A stretch of 64,000 nucleotides of DNA from Aulosira sp. ZfuVER01 (GCA_034530615.2 JAVRCV020000064.1:1-64000); one strand, 5' to 3'. Shown: positions 52,117-61,916, numbered from the stretch's first letter. The notes: generated by a model from the sequence alone, not told the origin. Numbers and translations are program-made.

Positions 52117-53544
52117 ATGGATACAGAGCAAATTTCCCAACGCCGTCAAGTTGTATACTGGCGCTTGCTAACCACCATGTTTGGCTTTAGCGAACAAGGT
52201 GCGAATTTTGAAAACATGGCGACTGAAGTTGTCGGTGAATTGAATTTACCACAATTAATTCTCGACCCCAACATCAGCATTGAAAACTTACTCCACCGTT
52301 ATCCAGAATTAGAAGCAGATTTTAACAATCCCATTATTCCCCAAGACGACACAGCCACCGCAGCAGAAACCGCTACCCTCCGCCGCGCCTTAGTTTTCTC
52401 CAAATTACTCCTTAATTCTTTCGGCCCCAACACCCAAACTGGGGTTGTCACCGCCCAACAATACGCCCAATGGTTGAAAGATGTCGGATTTTTAGAAAAA
52501 GCTTTGGGCTGTCAACCGGGAAGTTTACGCGGACACGGGCCGAGTATCGGGAAAAGCACAGGTCAGCAAAATCAGGGACAAGGTAGTAATAACGGTGGTG
52601 ATATGGGTGCTGGTATTGGTAGCGGTGGCGGTTTCACTGTTACAGAAGAACAACTCCGCGCCACCCTCAAAGCTTTGGAAGGTGAGTTAATTCACCGCAT
52701 GGCTTTGCACGAAGTCCTTAAAGATGACAGGTTAGCCAGTCAACTTACGCCATCAATGGCTTTGGTGGAACAACTGTTACGCGAAAAAGCGAATTTATCA
52801 GGAAATGCGCTGAAAAACGCTAAACGGTTGATTCAGGAGTATGTAGACGAACTCGCCCAAGTGCTGCGGTTACAGGTAGCGCAAGCTGTGGCGGGTAAAA
52901 TCGATTATTCAGTACCGCCAAAACGAATATTTCGCAACTTAGATTTAAAACGCACGATTTGGAAGAATTTAACCAACTGGAACCCAGAAGAACAAAGATT
53001 ATTTGTCGATAGGCTGTACTACCACCATACAGCTAAGAAGAAAACACCAACTCGCATGATTGTAGTTGTTGATCAGTCTGGTTCTATGGTTGATGCAATG
53101 GTGCAATGTACTATTTTAGCTTCGATTTTTGCCGGACTTCCGAATGTGGAGGTACATTTGTTAGCGTTTGATACTCAAGTAATTGATTTAACAGCTTGGG
53201 TACATGACCCCTTTGAAGTGCTGTTGCGGACTAATTTAGGTGGGGGAACACATATTTACCTGGCGTTAAAAGAAGCCGCAGAAAAGATTTTAGAACCAAA
53301 GAATACGGCGATGGTGTTAATTTCTGACTTTTACGAAGGTGGTAGCGACCAAGTTTTATTTGACTATATTAAATCGCTGAAAGAGTCGGGATTACATTTT
53401 ATCCCCGTCGGGGCGGTGACGAGTTCGGGATATTTCAGTGTGAATCAATGGTTCCGCGACAAGTTGAAGGAGTTAGGTATGCCCATTTTAACTGGTAGTC
53501 CGAAGAAGTTAATTCAGGAATTAAAAAAAGTAATTGTTAATTAA
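52117..53544 (+). CDS. VWA (CoxE/YehP-like) domain protein
   Basis: Intact MIDAS: VVVDQSGSM, GGGT, ISDFYEG; LDLKRTIWKNL pre-VWA motif; Gly-rich linker. Confidence 0.92.
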   Translation: MDTEQISQRRQVVYWRLLTTMFGFSEQGANFENMATEVVGELNLPQLILDPNISIENLLHRYPELEADFNNPIIPQDDTATAAETATLRRALVFSKLLLNSFGPNTQTGVVTAQQYAQWLKDVGFLEKALGCQPGSLRGHGPSIGKSTGQQNQGQGSNNGGDMGAGIGSGGGFTVTEEQLRATLKALEGELIHRMALHEVLKDDRLASQLTPSMALVEQLLREKANLSGNALKNAKRLIQEYVDELAQVLRLQVAQAVAGKIDYSVPPKRIFRNLDLKRTIWKNLTNWNPEEQRLFVDRLYYHHTAKKKTPTRMIVVVDQSGSMVDAMVQCTILASIFAGLPNVEVHLLAFDTQVIDLTAWVHDPFEVLLRTNLGGGTHIYLALKEAAEKILEPKNTAMVLISDFYEGGSDQVLFDYIKSLKESGLHFIPVGAVTSSGYFSVNQWFRDKLKELGMPILTGSPKKLIQELKKVIVN

Positions 53545-53552
53545 CTTCTTAC

Positions 53553-53622
53553 CTCTGTGTCCCCTGCGTCTCTGTGGTTCAAAAATTATTTTCTAACCGC
53601 AGAGGCGCAGAGAACGCAGAGA
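53553..53622. repeat. CTCTGCG-type inverted repeat hairpin within the operon
   Basis: ctctgtgtcccctgcgtctctgtggtt ... aaccgcagaggcgcagagaacgcagag. Confidence 0.7.
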
Positions 53623-53652
53623 AAAATTACAGAGAATAATTAGGAGAAAAAA

Positions 53653-54816
53653 ATGGCAAGGGCTAAGAGTAATACTACAAATGGTGCAAGCAGCGATACG
53701 AAAGAGAATTCTGTAATGTTGCGCCAACCGGCAGAACTAAAATATGCAGATGAGTTGGAATATTTAGCTTCAATTGATAAAGGTACAAAGCCGTTTTCTT
53801 GGCGACTGTCGCCGCAAATGGTACGCACTTTTGTATTGGGAAGTACGCCATCGCAAAAACTAGACAGGCAAATTGAGCAGAAATGGTACGGAGATAGTGC
53901 GATCGCAGAACGTGCTATCGTCACTTTAGCGTCTGACCGTGGTTTACTGTTGATTGGCGACCCAGGTACAGGTAAAAGCTGGTTAGCTGAATTACTAGCA
54001 GCGGCAATTTCTGGTAATTCAACTTATGTAGTGCAGGGAACGGCGGGAACTACAGAAGACCAAATCAAGTATTCTTGGAACGTAGCGATGGTAATTGCTG
54101 CTGGCCAGTCCCGTGAGTCTTTGATTCCCTCACCAATTATGACAGCCATGCACAGTGGGGCAATGGGCAGATTTGAGGAATTAACTCGCTGTACTTCCGA
54201 TGTGCAAGATGCACTGATATCTATACTGAGTGAAAAGTATATTTCAATTCCCGAACTGAAGACAGATAATGTCGCTTTTGCCCAACCAGGATTTAATGTA
54301 ATTGCTACAGCTAACAGCCGTGATAGGGGTGTAAATGAACTTTCTTCTGCATTGAAACGACGGTTTAATTTTGTACATATGCCTGTGGTGACGAATAAGA
54401 AGCAAGAAAAAGAAATTATCCTCTTCCGCACCAAAGAGTTAATGAACCGTCACGGCTTTGAGGTAGATGTGCCACCAACGCTATTAGATGTATTATTACA
54501 AACCTTTGCCGATTTGCGCGAAACTAGCGCCGCCGCCAGTTCCGATGACCAACGTTTAGAGTCGGCGCTTTCCACGGCCGAACAAATCGGTGTTTTAGAA
54601 GATGCGATTTTACACAGCCGTTATTTTGGTGCAACTAATTTAGAAGCTGGTGCATTAGCAAAGTCACTCGTTGGTACTTTAGTACGTCGTCAACCGGAAG
54701 ATATTTCTGTGATGAATCAGTTTTGGCACGCAGTTGTAGAGAAGCGTAGTAAAGAACAAAAAGGTGAATGGGAAGCTTTTCTCGAAGGTGGGAAACAAGC
54801 GATGGGGTTATTTTAA
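53653..54816 (+). CDS. MoxR-family AAA+ ATPase, YehL subtype
   Basis: LRQPAE.KYADEL..L, Walker A GDPGTGKS, QGTAGTTEDQIKYSWN, Walker B GRFEELTR, ATANSRDRGVNELSSALKRRFNF; AGGAG RBS. Confidence 0.93.
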   Translation: MARAKSNTTNGASSDTKENSVMLRQPAELKYADELEYLASIDKGTKPFSWRLSPQMVRTFVLGSTPSQKLDRQIEQKWYGDSAIAERAIVTLASDRGLLLIGDPGTGKSWLAELLAAAISGNSTYVVQGTAGTTEDQIKYSWNVAMVIAAGQSRESLIPSPIMTAMHSGAMGRFEELTRCTSDVQDALISILSEKYISIPELKTDNVAFAQPGFNVIATANSRDRGVNELSSALKRRFNFVHMPVVTNKKQEKEIILFRTKELMNRHGFEVDVPPTLLDVLLQTFADLRETSAAASSDDQRLESALSTAEQIGVLEDAILHSRYFGATNLEAGALAKSLVGTLVRRQPEDISVMNQFWHAVVEKRSKEQKGEWEAFLEGGKQAMGLF

Positions 54817-55118
54817 TTACTAATTCGTAATTCGTAATTCGTAGTTTTTGAGAAATTTAATTACGAATTACGACATAAAAATTAGGTCTTAATGCCATTA
54901 CTCTCTAAAACTCTTATTTCTCTGTGTTCTCCGCGTTCTCTGCGGTTCGTTACTCCAGGATTTAAACTGTTGCGTAAATAGACCACATCTTTCCTCCTTC
55001 ACGCGAAACGTAAAATCTCATACTTATTATCTAAATTACCCAAAAAATTACACATCAAAACCCTAAATATAATTTGAATCTCTTAATTACGAATTACGAC
55101 CTACGAATTACGAATTAA
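54814..55118. repeat. STRR (TAATTCG / TTACGAA) arrays in inverted arrangement in the intergenic spacer
   Basis: taattcg repeats at 54821-54841; ttacgaa repeats at ~54860 and 55087-55117. Confidence 0.75.
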
Positions 55119-55124
55119 TAAACT

Positions 55125-57956
55125 ATGGTTAACCTCCCAACCGCATTCCACGCCCTTCAAGAACAACTCCTCAACGCTGCGGAAAAATTCGCTACCGATG
55201 CTCAACCTTTAAGCGAAATGCTGACAGCTTTAATAACAGACGTAGAAAAAGCCAGTAGCGAACCACTAGAAATTTTCCCAGTGTGTCATCATTCGCCATC
55301 TTCCGCTTTGCAGATGGTGCGACGGTTGCGGGAAAAGCCGCCAAAAGTTATCTACTTAGAACTGTGCGAAGACTTACAAAACACCGTCGAGAATTTACGC
55401 GATTGTAAATTACCCGTCGCTTTACAAGCCTTCGCCGCCGAATCTGAAACTTTTTCGCCAAAAATCATGCCATTGAGTGTGGTTGCACCCATAACCGAAG
55501 CTTCAGCAGAATATCAAGCGATCGCATTTGCACTCCAACACCCGGAAACTGAGTTAGTATTTGTAGACCGGGCTGTTGATTTTGTCTTCCAGTGGGAATC
55601 TCCTGATAAAAAACCTGTTGAAGAGTCGGAGGAACCCGCCAGCGATGAAGCAAAAATGCATGGTTCGGCGGTTGGTGTGGAAGTAGGTAGCTTAGTACCA
55701 ACGTTTGACCAATTTTTAACCTTTTTACTGCGAAATTCCAATACCCGCCACTTTTCAGAGTGGTGGGATGAGTATGTGGAAACAGGAATTATCGGCGCAG
55801 ACTACGAAACCTACCGTCAAGTGATGTTCCTTATTGGTAGCTTGATGCGGCGTTTAGGAACCCGCAACAAAGATATCGAAATCGACCGCCAGCGCGAACG
55901 CTATATGTGGACTTGCATGAAAAAACACATGGCGGCAAATAATATCGCACCTTCGGAAGCTATCTATATATGTGGTGCAGCGCACTCAGCTAGCGATGTA
56001 GAAGAATACAGTGTTACTAACAATAATCTTTGGGAAATACCACCACGCACCCAAACCAAATGGTTATACGGCTTGATTCCTTCCAGTTTTGCTGCTATCG
56101 AATATCAATTTCATCACCCAGCCGGTACGGTATCCCTAGCGGAAGCAACTTGGAAAAAGAATCTCAAGGTTACAGGGTTGAAGGGATTTTCTTTAAATAA
56201 GGAAGAGAAAGCTAGCAAAACTAAGCAAAATCCTGTTGCAGTTAAAGCCACAAATTCCAACCTCACAGCCTTTTTAACTCGTCCTCCAGAACTAGCCGCC
56301 GCCGATACAGAACAATTATTGCAATGGTGCGCTGATATTGTCGGACTAGCGCGGAAAAATGCTTATTTAGCTAGTACAGCCGACTCTATCGCTATCTACC
56401 AAACTTCAATGCTGCTAGCTGGGATGCGGAACCGAATGCATCCCACACCCTACGATTTTCAAGATGCAGCCATAACTTGTCTGGAAAAAGACCGCACTCC
56501 GAAAAAACGCAATATTTACCAACTTTGCCAAATTTTACTTGGAGGCGATCGCATTGGTACGGTTGGCTATACTTCTTTACCTCCCTTAGCCCAAGATGTT
56601 TACGATAGGCTGCAACCATTAGGAGTCAATTTACTTGCACAAACCAATCAACGCGCTTTAATGGATTTTAAACAGCAGCCGGAACTTCTACCATGTTCGG
56701 ATGTGCTATGGCGATTGTATTATTTGTTAAGCGATCGCATTGTTAAACCCATTATGGGCGATCGCAGTCTTGGTTCAAAACCAATTCAAGAATCTTGGGA
56801 AATTCGCATCGGTAAATACCAACGCGATCTTATTATGCTCGGTTACGAAGGTGTCAGCATCGAGCAAGTTATCGAACAGCGTCTCAAGCAGTTGGCGTTT
56901 TCTCCGCAAGCACAAACCAGCGACGTACTCAAAGCCACTGAAGATAGCATTTTATACGCTCGTAGCCTTCGACTAACGCAAGAACTTGGAGAACACGCAA
57001 TTTCTCTGCTTAAACAAGAAACTGGCGTTAGCGACGCACCACAAGTATTTGAGCGTGTTCGCAGGCTAGTACATTACTACCGCACCACACCCACAGGCTT
57101 ACCCGAATGGATAGAGCGTTTTGTTACCACAGGCTACGGACATTACGCCACATTATTACCTCAAGCCTTCGCTGATAGAGGTACAACTCCCGAACAAATC
57201 GCCGGAATGTTGAATTTTATCTTCACCCTGGAAAGTTTGGCATTATCTCTAGGTTGTAACCGCAGTCAATTATTGATAGGTGTAAAACAATCCAGTCAAG
57301 GTTTAGAAGACCCTGCCAAAATTGGTTTATTGTGGACAACCGAATGGTTGCTAACACTGCGAAAGCTAGAAGAAATCCGCGAATTTTTTGATGGGGTAAT
57401 TAACAATGAGATGTTAATTAAATCTTTCCCCGAATATTTAAATGGTTTTATCTTATCTCTGACATTTGCACCGAGAATCAGTAAATTTGTCGTGGAACTT
57501 TTGAGTAAATTATTTGCTAACGTTCCCGACAAAATTTTATTACCTTGGCTACCAAACTTAATTCTCAAACTGCGACCCCATGCCCAAATTTTACAGGGAT
57601 TAATCAAAGAAGCAGCTAGTAATTTCCCCAATACATTGGCTGGTTTTGATAACTGGGTTCCTGCGTGGTCAAAGTCGCAACCGGAGATTAAAGAACAAGT
57701 TAAGCCAGTTGAAGCTGCACCAGTACTCAGCGAACATGAGTTAACAATTAGAGAATTTATATTTAATTCTCCAGCCACAACCAATGCTTTAGCCAAATTA
57801 CTGGGAATTGAAGATTTGAATTGGCAAGAAAGTTTAGAAGTGCATAAAAATTCAGGCGATCGCTTATCAGAGAAAGAACTAAAAACCCAAGAATTAATTA
57901 CTGCTCATCCAGCAACATTAAATTATTTTGCTGGCATGATTAATTCAAAGCTCTAA
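55125..57956 (+). CDS. DUF5682/YehM-like protein
   Basis: FPVCHHSP..A, P.VIYLE, AEYQA, FVD, FSEWWD, RERYM, YICGAAH, then ASTADSIA; downstream of a YehL-type ATPase. Confidence 0.85.
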   Translation: MVNLPTAFHALQEQLLNAAEKFATDAQPLSEMLTALITDVEKASSEPLEIFPVCHHSPSSALQMVRRLREKPPKVIYLELCEDLQNTVENLRDCKLPVALQAFAAESETFSPKIMPLSVVAPITEASAEYQAIAFALQHPETELVFVDRAVDFVFQWESPDKKPVEESEEPASDEAKMHGSAVGVEVGSLVPTFDQFLTFLLRNSNTRHFSEWWDEYVETGIIGADYETYRQVMFLIGSLMRRLGTRNKDIEIDRQRERYMWTCMKKHMAANNIAPSEAIYICGAAHSASDVEEYSVTNNNLWEIPPRTQTKWLYGLIPSSFAAIEYQFHHPAGTVSLAEATWKKNLKVTGLKGFSLNKEEKASKTKQNPVAVKATNSNLTAFLTRPPELAAADTEQLLQWCADIVGLARKNAYLASTADSIAIYQTSMLLAGMRNRMHPTPYDFQDAAITCLEKDRTPKKRNIYQLCQILLGGDRIGTVGYTSLPPLAQDVYDRLQPLGVNLLAQTNQRALMDFKQQPELLPCSDVLWRLYYLLSDRIVKPIMGDRSLGSKPIQESWEIRIGKYQRDLIMLGYEGVSIEQVIEQRLKQLAFSPQAQTSDVLKATEDSILYARSLRLTQELGEHAISLLKQETGVSDAPQVFERVRRLVHYYRTTPTGLPEWIERFVTTGYGHYATLLPQAFADRGTTPEQIAGMLNFIFTLESLALSLGCNRSQLLIGVKQSSQGLEDPAKIGLLWTTEWLLTLRKLEEIREFFDGVINNEMLIKSFPEYLNGFILSLTFAPRISKFVVELLSKLFANVPDKILLPWLPNLILKLRPHAQILQGLIKEAASNFPNTLAGFDNWVPAWSKSQPEIKEQVKPVEAAPVLSEHELTIREFIFNSPATTNALAKLLGIEDLNWQESLEVHKNSGDRLSEKELKTQELITAHPATLNYFAGMINSKL

Positions 57957-57975
57957 ATTTATTGATTATCGTAAA

Positions 57976-57994
57976 GGGCGGTATTCTCCCGCCC
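57976..57994. terminator. GC-rich hairpin between convergent genes
   Basis: gggcgg-tattctc-ccgccc. Confidence 0.55.
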
Positions 57995-58003
57995 CTATGA
58001 AAT

Positions 58004-58492
58004 TCAAAAGTCCTCCAAACCCGCTGTCACAAAGCGTTCGATTATCGGATCAATTTCTGTTCTTAATTCCTGACTAGATTCTGATTCAATAATCTCAACA
58101 TGATGCTCAATCTTTGGCTCAATTGCCTGATAAGTTGGTTGTATGGGTTGTATGGGCTGTATAGGTTGTATTGGTTGTCGTGGTTCTTCGCTAACAGCAA
58201 TTACAGGCACAGAGGGTTGTAGTGATTCCTCTGTTGGCGAGACTCGAGATTTTGACTTGAGTTGTGTAATTTGTGTAGTTGCTCCCAGCCCCAACATTGC
58301 ACCAGCAACTGTATACATTGCAGTCTGATTTAAGTATTGAACGCCCACATATCCCAGTGCGATCGCAGATAATGTGGCGGTGATGCTTCCCATGATGACT
58401 TGCTGTTGTTTCAATTGTTTATCCTTAACTTCGTTGGTAGTTTTTACTTGGTTAAACCCTGATTTTATGTAGCATTTATTATGTCCACCCAT
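58004..58492 (-). CDS. Hypothetical two-TM protein with QPI tandem repeats
   Basis: Two hydrophobic segments and (QPI)4 from a 9-nt tandem repeat. Confidence 0.6.
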   Translation of the reverse strand: MGGHNKCYIKSGFNQVKTTNEVKDKQLKQQQVIMGSITATLSAIALGYVGVQYLNQTAMYTVAGAMLGLGATTQITQLKSKSRVSPTEESLQPSVPVIAVSEEPRQPIQPIQPIQPIQPTYQAIEPKIEHHVEIIESESSQELRTEIDPIIERFVTAGLEDF

Positions 58493-58819
58493 TCTGAACT
58501 ACTACCTTAATTACAAGTAATCCTAGCAGCCAATGAAAGTTATTTGTCGATGTAAGGGTAGTTAGAGCTACTTTTGGATAGCACATAGCCAGGAAATCTT
58601 TTGAGATTCAACCCAATTCTCCCACAGCCTGAGCTACTGATAACGGTCAACCTTTTGCTACATACTGATAGAGATTATACAGATAACGCATTTGATTCAA
58701 TTTGGCAAGTAACTTTAAACACAAGATTTTACATTGTTCAATTTACCGTTGAATGGCACAGACAACAAGTTCCGCGTTTGCTAGGCATTTGAGCCTGTCA
58801 AGCGATCGCAGCGCAGCAG

Positions 58820-59149
58820 CTAAGGTAATAGTTGCAATTTCACTTTACCAGTACTGAGCATAGTGTAGCCAATGCTCACTGCCATTAATGCTAAAGCAAA
58901 GGAGACAAGTGAAATCGGAGCAATAAAAATTACACTACTCATGATGGCGTAAGTTAAACTACCAGCAATCATCAGCCAGGCATATTTACGATTTTGTCCA
59001 CCGTACTTTAAGGTCAATATTCCTGATAATGTCAAAACCATCACAGGTAAGCTAGGAATAAAGTATCCAGAGAAAATTACACTACTTGCCAAAATCTTGA
59101 TTCCAACAAGCATGAAAGCCAATCCAGTAAGTCTGATGAAAAATTTCAT
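58820..59149 (-). CDS. Hypothetical 4-TM membrane protein
   Basis: Highly hydrophobic ORF, start MKFFIRL. Confidence 0.65.
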   Translation of the reverse strand: MKFFIRLTGLAFMLVGIKILASSVIFSGYFIPSLPVMVLTLSGILTLKYGGQNRKYAWLMIAGSLTYAIMSSVIFIAPISLVSFALALMAVSIGYTMLSTGKVKLQLLP

Positions 59150-59276
59150 CTTGATATCTATTGCGATGAAGGTTAGCAATAGAATTTAGGTTTTGTAGAT
59201 ACGAATTATGCAAGCGAACTAAACATAAATTTAGTCTATGCTACGTCTGGAGTCGGCATTTTATATACAATTTGGT

Positions 59277-59831
59277 TCAGCTAAAGATTTTCGCCAGGTT
59301 ACTTAAGCGTTCATACACAGATATTAGGCGATCGCCTTCAATTTCCACAGCATCAGTGGGATAGTTACGAATCGCTCCCAGCAATGTAACTTCACCATTT
59401 TGGCTAATAGATGTACTTAAAGCACTCCGCAGCGCTTGCTCGTGTAGTTCTCCCTTAGGAGGATGAACTACCTCGCCAATTTGGTTGATTAAAATAGGGC
59501 CTGCCCAGCTAGACATTAAGTTATCTAAAAAAGCGCGATCGGCTTTGATTCCGGCTGTCAGTGCCTTACGTGCTAATGCAGGATTTTGTTGAGATGCCTG
59601 CAAATAAGCTCTCAGTGTGGGAGTAGTCTTGCCATTTTCTACAAACTGATTTAATTCTTGTACCGAAATTGGCCCTTGAAAATTACCATACTTCAAAATA
59701 ACTTGCTCGGCAGCATTAGCATTGGGGCTGAAAAATAAAACACCAGCACCTAATCCTAAAGCTACTGTTTGTTGTAGTAATTTAAAAAATTGCTTTTTGC
59801 TGAATTGATATAAACGGTTAAAAATCTGCAT
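59277..59831 (-). CDS. Stand-alone DUF1400 protein (secreted)
   Basis: Signal peptide ending ANA-AEQVILKYG, ISVQEL..FVE.G, ALRSAL, VTLLGAIRNYP. Confidence 0.8.
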   Translation of the reverse strand: MQIFNRLYQFSKKQFFKLLQQTVALGLGAGVLFFSPNANAAEQVILKYGNFQGPISVQELNQFVENGKTTPTLRAYLQASQQNPALARKALTAGIKADRAFLDNLMSSWAGPILINQIGEVVHPPKGELHEQALRSALSTSISQNGEVTLLGAIRNYPTDAVEIEGDRLISVYERLSNLAKIFS

Positions 59832-60052
59832 TTTGTCAACTTCCTAGTGATATAGAGCGCTTTACTGCTAAAAAAAGCACATCTATTACAATTTGGTTTG
59901 CTAGTTCTTCATCGTAAGCTCTGAATAGAAGATTACACTCTGGCTATGGGTTGAGGAAGTGCGTTTACAAGTTATGAAAATTTTTGCGATCGCAGATTTT
60001 AGCGAACTCAAGTATAATCTATGCCTAATGCTTGATCAAAGGGTTTGCGAGA

Positions 60053-60256
60053 ATGTCCGATCCTTGTCCTTTTGAAAATATTAATCAACTACAACAATGG
60101 CATCAGGGAATAAAAGATGCAAACCGCAACAATATTTTCTGTCATTGTCGCGCTTGTGGTTATGAGTGGATGGATTCAATATTTGATGCTACTTGTATTA
60201 AATGCAGTAGCAAAAATGTAGAAACTATTTCATCCTGGCAATTTCCAGATGATTAA
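60053..60256 (+). CDS. Small Zn-ribbon protein
   Basis: CHCRACGYEW...CIKCSS..VE..S.WQFPDD. Confidence 0.75.
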   Translation: MSDPCPFENINQLQQWHQGIKDANRNNIFCHCRACGYEWMDSIFDATCIKCSSKNVETISSWQFPDD

Positions 60257-60274
60257 ATTAGAGAGTTCCTATAT

Positions 60275-60826
60275 ATGACACAAAACTGGTCACAAGAAAT
60301 TTATATTAAAGCCTATAAATTTGCAGCAAAAGCTCATCAAGGGCAGAAAATGCCAGGTTCAGAAATACCTTATATCATGCACTTAAGTTTTGTGAGTATG
60401 GAAGTAATTGCTGCCTTAAATGTGGAGAAAGAAAGCGATGGTAATCTGGCAATTCAATGTGCTATTTTACATGACTCCATCGAAGATACTCATACAACTT
60501 ATGAGCAAATAAAAGCCGAATTTGGTGAAACAGTAGCTCAGGGAGTTCTAGCCTTAACTAAAGATAGCAGTTTAGCCAAACATCTTCAAATGCAAGATAG
60601 TTTGCAAAGAATCAAACAACAACCCAAAGAAATCTGGATGGTGAAATTGGCGGATAGAATTAGTAATTTACAAGCACCACCAAATTATTGGACTCAAGAC
60701 AAAATTACTCGATATCGAGAAGAAGGAATTCAGATTTACGAAGCTTTAAAAGATGCAAGTGATTTCCTAGCTTCACATTTAGCAGCTAAAATTGAAGATT
60801 ATAAATCGTTTATTTATTCAGTATAA
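60275..60826 (+). CDS. HD-domain small alarmone hydrolase (RelA/SpoT HD, Mesh1-like)
   Basis: FAAKAHQGQ, PYIMHL, ILHDSIEDT, V.ALTKD, VKLADRISNL; no synthetase domain. Confidence 0.88.
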   Translation: MTQNWSQEIYIKAYKFAAKAHQGQKMPGSEIPYIMHLSFVSMEVIAALNVEKESDGNLAIQCAILHDSIEDTHTTYEQIKAEFGETVAQGVLALTKDSSLAKHLQMQDSLQRIKQQPKEIWMVKLADRISNLQAPPNYWTQDKITRYREEGIQIYEALKDASDFLASHLAAKIEDYKSFIYSV

Positions 60827-60838
60827 GTAAATAGGCTT

Positions 60839-61030
60839 TTACCCTATTATTTCCCCAACATCATAAGTTTTTCCTTCTACTGATACTCGATCGCCTGAGA
60901 CTAATTTCCGCCCTCGTCGGGTTTCTACTATGCCATTAACTTTGACATAACCATCAAGAATCATCAATTTGGCTTGTCCTCCCGTTGCGGCTACACCTAC
61001 TAACTTTAAAAACTGATCGAGTTTAATCAT
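60839..61030 (-). CDS. S4-domain RNA-binding protein (YbcJ/YaaA-like)
   Basis: IKLDQFLK.VG...TGGQAK..I..G.VKVNG.VETRRGRKL..GD. Confidence 0.92.
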   Translation of the reverse strand: MIKLDQFLKLVGVAATGGQAKLMILDGYVKVNGIVETRRGRKLVSGDRVSVEGKTYDVGEIIG

Positions 61031-61113
61031 CTGATTAAGTTTATAAATAAAATCCTGAATTTTTTGCTTCTGTGCCTTTTTGGTAAATTTTGCTATTTTT
61101 ATGATTAAAATAT

Positions 61114-61677
61114 TTAACTTATCGGTCTTAACATTTCCCGCACTGTAATAATGCACTCAGGAAAAGCCAAAGGTGAAATTTGTACATCCTCTGCGAGAAT
61201 TGTCTCACTTTGATATCCTTCTGGACTTGGTAAGCGATAGACATGAAGCTTTCGCCTATTTACATCTAAAACCCAGTAATCTAAAATACCTGACTTGGCA
61301 TAAACGAGCGCTTTCACCTCTGTGTCATATTTGAAACTAGTATCAGCTACTTCAATAATTAAAAATATTTCTGATGGAGTCGGATGATGATCGTCATAAT
61401 CTAAAGAATCGGGAACTACCACAGCTACATCTGATTCTGGTTCGGAATAATTATCTAGTTGCACAGGGGACTGAAACCGCAGTAAAACTTCATTACTTAT
61501 GCCGTTACGCAATAATCTGTCTGTGCAAGTAATTGCTGATTCGTAAGCAGTTCTTTTAGCTACCATCTGAATTATTTGTCCAGAAATTAACTCCAGCCGT
61601 TCTTCTGGGTGAAAGATTCCCGCCTCTGCCATGCGGTGATAATCTCGAACAGTTAACAGACGAAGAGCTAAAACCAT
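61114..61677 (-). CDS. Uma2/DUF820 endonuclease family protein
   Basis: TVRDYHRMAEAGI....RLELI.G, EPESD, IIEVADTS..D...K..YA..GI..YWVLD. Confidence 0.9.
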   Translation of the reverse strand: MVLALRLLTVRDYHRMAEAGIFHPEERLELISGQIIQMVAKRTAYESAITCTDRLLRNGISNEVLLRFQSPVQLDNYSEPESDVAVVVPDSLDYDDHHPTPSEIFLIIEVADTSFKYDTEVKALVYAKSGILDYWVLDVNRRKLHVYRLPSPEGYQSETILAEDVQISPLAFPECIITVREMLRPIS

Positions 61678-61737
61678 ATCAGTTAAGCTTTACAGTTCAG
61701 CGTTTGCTTGTGCTGCTTACTAATGTATCCTTTCAAA

Positions 61738-61824
61738 CGGAGAGGGAGGGATTCGAACCCTCGTATACATTGCTGCATAACAGCATTTCCAGTGCTGCGC
61801 CTTCAACCACTCGGCCACCTCTCC
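61738..61824 (-). tRNA. trnS: tRNA-Ser(GGA)
   Basis: Minus strand GGAGAGGTGGCCGAGTGGTTGAAGGCGCAGCACTGGAAATGCTGT-long variable arm-GAGGGTTCGAATCCCTCCCTCTCCG. Confidence 0.96.
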
Positions 61825-61916
61825 AGGTGCCACGATTTACGATTCTACACTGAAAACCCAGAAAATGCAAAGATGAAAGAAAATATTTGTGAGTAGACCT
61901 AAAATCTCAAATTAAA

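Noticed and set aside
48922..61737. tRNA-Ser-anchored genomic island containing the MoxR operon
   Set aside because: No integrase, no duplicated tRNA 3' end (att) seen, and genes carry host-like HIP1 sites
61708..61896. 62-aa ORF
   Set aside because: Overlaps tRNA-Ser on the opposite strand
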